Of a stretch of DNA of 64,000 nt, positions 61,042 through 64,000 are shown piece after piece. Position numbers and translations under genes: made by a program. The notes under the pieces were generated by a model. The model made no database searches. It saw only the letters and a program-made list of their open reading frames with translations, and was not told the origin of the DNA. The stretch is taken from assembly GCA_002793855.1 (NCBI GenBank), contig PFET01000001.1, forward strand, positions 19,520 to 83,519. The letters are read 5' to 3'. Position 1 is the stretch's first letter, and each line of letters opens with the position of its first letter. Source of the stretch: Candidatus Uhrbacteria bacterium CG10_big_fil_rev_8_21_14_0_10_48_11. GTDB taxonomy: Bacteria > Patescibacteriota > Patescibacteriia > GWA2-46-9.

Positions 61042-61374
61042 TTATCGAGAAACAATAGCGGCATGTGAGGTAATATCACCTACGTTCGTTACAATAGCTC
61101 CGGCTTTACGCATAGCGCTCACAATATCCGGCGTGGTGGCAATAGAAACAAGAATATCTCCTTGCTTCGTCTTTTTACCGTCAGTAAAAGGATTAGTAAT
61201 TATTTTTACCCGCCCTTCAATATGACCAGAACCCTTACTCACCACTAAACCTTTTATGATTTTGGTGTTTTGATAAACTTTGGGGTTATATATCTTAAAT
61301 ACCACTTCGGCTCTTTGACCATAAAATTCAGCAATTTTCTCCTTCCCCGACACCCAAACATAAGCTTTTTGCAA
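61042..61374 (-). pseudogene. fragment encoding a PEP-utilising enzyme mobile (phosphohistidine) domain
   Basis: GDILVSIATTPDIVSAMRKAGAIVTNVGDITSHAAIVSR matches the PF00391 core, with the conserved TSHAAIV catalytic His segment. The fragment is only 110 aa and has no C-terminal partner domain. Confidence 0.55.
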
Positions 61375-61492
61375 GAAACTATTTTGTTACAATTAAGTTT
61401 TTTGCCCTCGGCTAATTGCAATACTTCCGACGGCCAACACCATAGCCAGTCATTAAACTTCCAATTATTACGACGACCGATTTCTTTGACTA

Positions 61493-62314
61493 TTAAATCT
61501 TCATAATATTGCATACGCCAAATATAACCCTTGCGTAAATCTTACGCCACCAAATTGTATGACTAAGTTGGTCTACGGCTAGTTGAATATCTCGAGGAAG
61601 CTTTAATTTTTTAACTAAATTCTTTTTCTTTTTTTTAGTTTCAGTAATTTGTTGAACAATTTGTTTTTTTAATGTCGGCGTTATTTTGAATAATAAATTT
61701 TTTAGTTGTCTATAAAAATATTTTTCATTTAAAATCCTGTTACCGCCATAACTGTTTAATAGCCAATGATATTTTTGAGTGTGTTCGGCAAGGGCTATTT
61801 TGAATAATTTGTTGTTTTTTATAGAGGCCAAGTTCAACAAATCTAGCTCCTCTTGTTGAAAAAATGAACACTTAACAGGGGCTAATAATATTTCTAAATA
61901 TTCTTCAGCTTTACCAATGTTAATTTTTTTTAATCTACGTAAAAGCCACGGCTCACCTCCATAATTGGCAATTTCCGGCACATGGACAATATTACAAAAA
62001 AAATCTATAAATTGATGAAAATTTTTATAGAGAGTTGATAATGCTTTATCGGAAAGTTCTTTGAAATTAATCGCCTCTAAAACTTTTGCCATCTTATAAT
62101 ATTGTTTAACCAAATCTTCCCACAGATTCCAAAGAGTTTTGTATTTATTTTTATTAAATAAATAAGACACAAAATATTTTTTGCCAATTTCTTCTAGATC
62201 GGAGCGATAACCATTATAAGTGACTTTATTGTCTTTAAAAACCAATATGGCTTTGGGCCATGGCCAAGGACAGTATTTTTTACTAACTCTCATGACCCCT
62301 AATAATATTTCCAC
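61493..62314 (-). CDS. hypothetical protein, very AT-rich (possibly the upstream part of the degraded PEP-utilising enzyme gene)
   Basis: 273 aa ORF with Lys/Asn/Tyr-rich, A/T-run-laden codons. It is contiguous with the 61254..61514 and 61042..61374 fragments on the same strand. Confidence 0.4.
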   Translation of the reverse strand: MEILLGVMRVSKKYCPWPWPKAILVFKDNKVTYNGYRSDLEEIGKKYFVSYLFNKNKYKTLWNLWEDLVKQYYKMAKVLEAINFKELSDKALSTLYKNFHQFIDFFCNIVHVPEIANYGGEPWLLRRLKKINIGKAEEYLEILLAPVKCSFFQQEELDLLNLASIKNNKLFKIALAEHTQKYHWLLNSYGGNRILNEKYFYRQLKNLLFKITPTLKKQIVQQITETKKKKKNLVKKLKLPRDIQLAVDQLSHTIWWRKIYARVIFGVCNIMKI

Positions 62315-62524
62315 CCAGACGCCTATATAAAGAGGTCAACCATCAATAGGACATCATTTGAATAACTTTTTTGTGGAATCAATACGATAAAATAGGCTAT
62401 ATATTTCTATGTATGTCCCTACAAAAACTCTATTGTACGTAAAAATCAGCAAAGAATCGAGTGGGGTAAAAATGCTTATTTTACAGTTTTTCCTAATGAA
62501 AATGCGACGTTTTGACGCTAGGTC

Positions 62525-62553
62525 TTGACAGATTTGAAGGGGTGCGCTATATT
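62525..62553 (+). promoter_or_regulatory. consensus sigma70-like promoter (TTGACA-17-TATATT) facing the ORF-free structured region
   Basis: ttgaca gatttgaaggggtgcgc tatatt. No ORF lies downstream. Confidence 0.5.
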
Positions 62554-62559
62554 GTTTAG

Positions 62560-63947
62560 TTCCTTAAATGGAACACCCTGCTCTTTAGATATTAAACAGC
62601 TCAGAGGAGAGAGACTCTGTAGCACCACCCTCGGGTTCACGCCCGGCGTGGCGCTGCGCAAAAAGACGTAGCTCTCCAAAATAGTTGCGTCTTTTTGTTT
62701 GCTGGCAAGGTGTGCGGCAACTTCTGGGGCTAGACCTGTTTTCGGTAACACGAATCAGGGCGGCTCGCGGTAAGACTGGGTTGGTCTTGACTAACCTGCT
62801 CCTACTTCAAAGCCCTTAACTTGGGTGGTCTTCGGACCAAAACTCAAGTCCTAGCCCGGAGGTTGGTGGACATCTTACGATGACGCCTTTGTGGTGGTCC
62901 CGTTATCGGGGCACCCACCGACGTGGAGGGTCAGACTCGTTCCGCTTAACGTGGACGAGGGTTCCGGCGGAAGGCTGGTTCTGGTATCTACTAGAACTTC
63001 CCTTCTCAAAGAACATACCAGCACGCACCTTCGGGTAGTGTGTTGCCCTAACCCCCAGATCGGTGGGTTATTCTATAACTCACAAACATTGAAGTAGAGA
63101 TGTCCCTCGTGCCGCAACGGCACATCATCTCTGCTTACAACTCGCGTGGCATGAGAGTTCCTGCCCATCGGGGGACGAGGCAGGACCAGAAAAGGAAACC
63201 GAGGGAAATTCCGCCCTCACCTTTTCGCTCGTATTGCTGCGCCGGCGGAGTGGTTGTGGTTGCGCGTATCCCTGCACCCACCCTCCGCCGAATTTTGACC
63301 GAATGGCCTTAGGTTAGATTTTGTCTAACCTCCACCTCGGTTACTGGCGCCGACGAACAATAAAAGTCCTCTCTAAGAGGGGGCCAACACTCGATATTGT
63401 ACTCGTCCGCGCTGTTCAGGGGGCTTGGCTTGTCTGTACTCGCCAACGCCCCCTTCCTCTTTACGCGATAGAGAAACGCGCCCATTGCGATGAACGGCAT
63501 GAACCGTTAATCTCAATGGGCGCCTTAGGCCTCCTTCGGCGCAAACCGGCACCGGCGGCGAATCGGGCAAATGAGCCGCCGGTGCCACCAAATTTTCCGA
63601 GGAGGTACGATCCTCCACTCCTCGGGATCGGAGGGAGTCAGTAAAGGGTGAGACGTTTCCCAAAATGCTCACCCCAAGCTGTACTCCCTCCAACTATCCA
63701 CTGGGTCACCGCCCCCGACCTAGTGGACTAGGGAGAAGAGTGTGCGTGTTAGGTAAGTCGCCCCACAAATGACTAACCTTTACCGCACTCTTCTCCCTCC
63801 CTTTCTCTGTGCTATCCTACTAATGAGCAACTGTTCATTTCCTCTCGTGGGGCAAGTAGCTCTCAAACACAAACGTCTCTCAAACGAGAAACGTATGTCG
63901 CGAGAAAATCTCTCTCCTCCTACTTGCCCCGCGAGAGGATACGCAAA
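62560..63947 (+). other. ~1.4 kb GC-rich ORF-free region dense in long perfect hairpins: candidate large structured ncRNA or a cluster of palindromic elements
   Basis: No ORF longer than 107 aa on either strand, and none with a recognisable product. Hairpins include caaaaagacg..cgtctttttg (62678-62716), ggcaccggcggcg..cgccggtgcc (about 63548-63586), ggagaagagtgtgcg..cgcactcttctcc (about 63728-63800) and cctctcgtggggcaagtag..ctacttgccccgcgagagg (about 63838-63937). It is bounded by the promoter at 62525 and the terminator at 63948. Confidence 0.3.
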
Positions 63948-63983
63948 CTAAAATCCCATTCAAAAGTATGGGATTTTAGTTTT
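63948..63983 (+). terminator. intrinsic terminator
   Basis: ctaaaatccca-ttcaaaagta-tgggattttag followed by tttt. Confidence 0.65.
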
Positions 63984-64000
63984 GTAAATAATAGTAATAA

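Noticed and set aside
62560-63983. 23S rRNA or group II intron as identity of the structured region
   Set aside because: None of the universal 23S blocks are present (GGTGGATGCC, GAAACATCTAAGTA, GATGTCGGCTC). Neither is a group II domain V (GAGCCGTATG..GTACGGTTC) nor a GUGYG 5' end.

Overview
This 64 kb window looks like a small-genome, CPR/Patescibacteria-like bacterium, inferred from three observations: the 16S rRNA gene carries an extra ~110 nt AT-rich V1 expansion, it is not linked to a 23S gene, and ribosomal/RNA-processing proteins carry low-complexity tails. The window is gene-dense (roughly 50 % GC by eye), but several accessory genes are disrupted by in-frame stop codons or frameshifts. 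These could be real decay or assembly errors, and which one cannot be decided from the sequence alone.

Confident housekeeping genes are radA, recG, rsmA, tsaC, leuS, uvrA, secG, rnj, parB, rpsP, trmD, a KH-domain protein, an SMC-family ATPase, a sensor histidine kinase, a P-type cation ATPase and a family-5 ABC substrate-binding protein. RNA genes are the 16S rRNA with its flanking processing stem and ten tRNAs: Arg, Ser-GCT, Ser-TGA, Leu-CAG, Leu-CAA, Pro, Phe, Ile, His, plus tRNA-derived fragments.

The main accessory block (about 6.5-26.4 kb, all on the minus strand) is a type IV secretion-like cluster: a VirB4 ATPase split into N- and C-terminal ORFs, small VirB3-like and VirB8-like membrane proteins, and a VirB6-like polytopic protein with a ~700 aa E/K-rich coiled-coil tail. 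With it sit a 2911 aa Cys-rich secreted protein carrying repeated CBM4/9-like modules and a C-terminal PKD-like domain, and a secreted protein with thrombospondin type-3 calcium-binding repeats. This cluster lies at the end of a ~28 kb co-directional array that also contains a DsbA gene paired with a Cys-rich exported protein.

Other regions worth a second look:
- A tRNA-Ser locus with partial tRNA duplications, next to an AT-rich islet holding a SemiSWEET-like gene with two in-frame TAG codons and a comFC gene with an in-frame TGA at a conserved glycine.
- An ~870 bp GC-rich intergenic region between rpsP and the KH gene with RNase P RNA-like motifs.
- An AT-rich island beside tRNA-His with an IS481-like transposase (in-frame TGA) and fragments of PEP-utilising enzymes.
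- A ~1.4 kb GC-rich stretch at the 3' end of the window with no ORFs but many long perfect hairpins, bracketed by a consensus sigma70-like promoter and an intrinsic terminator.
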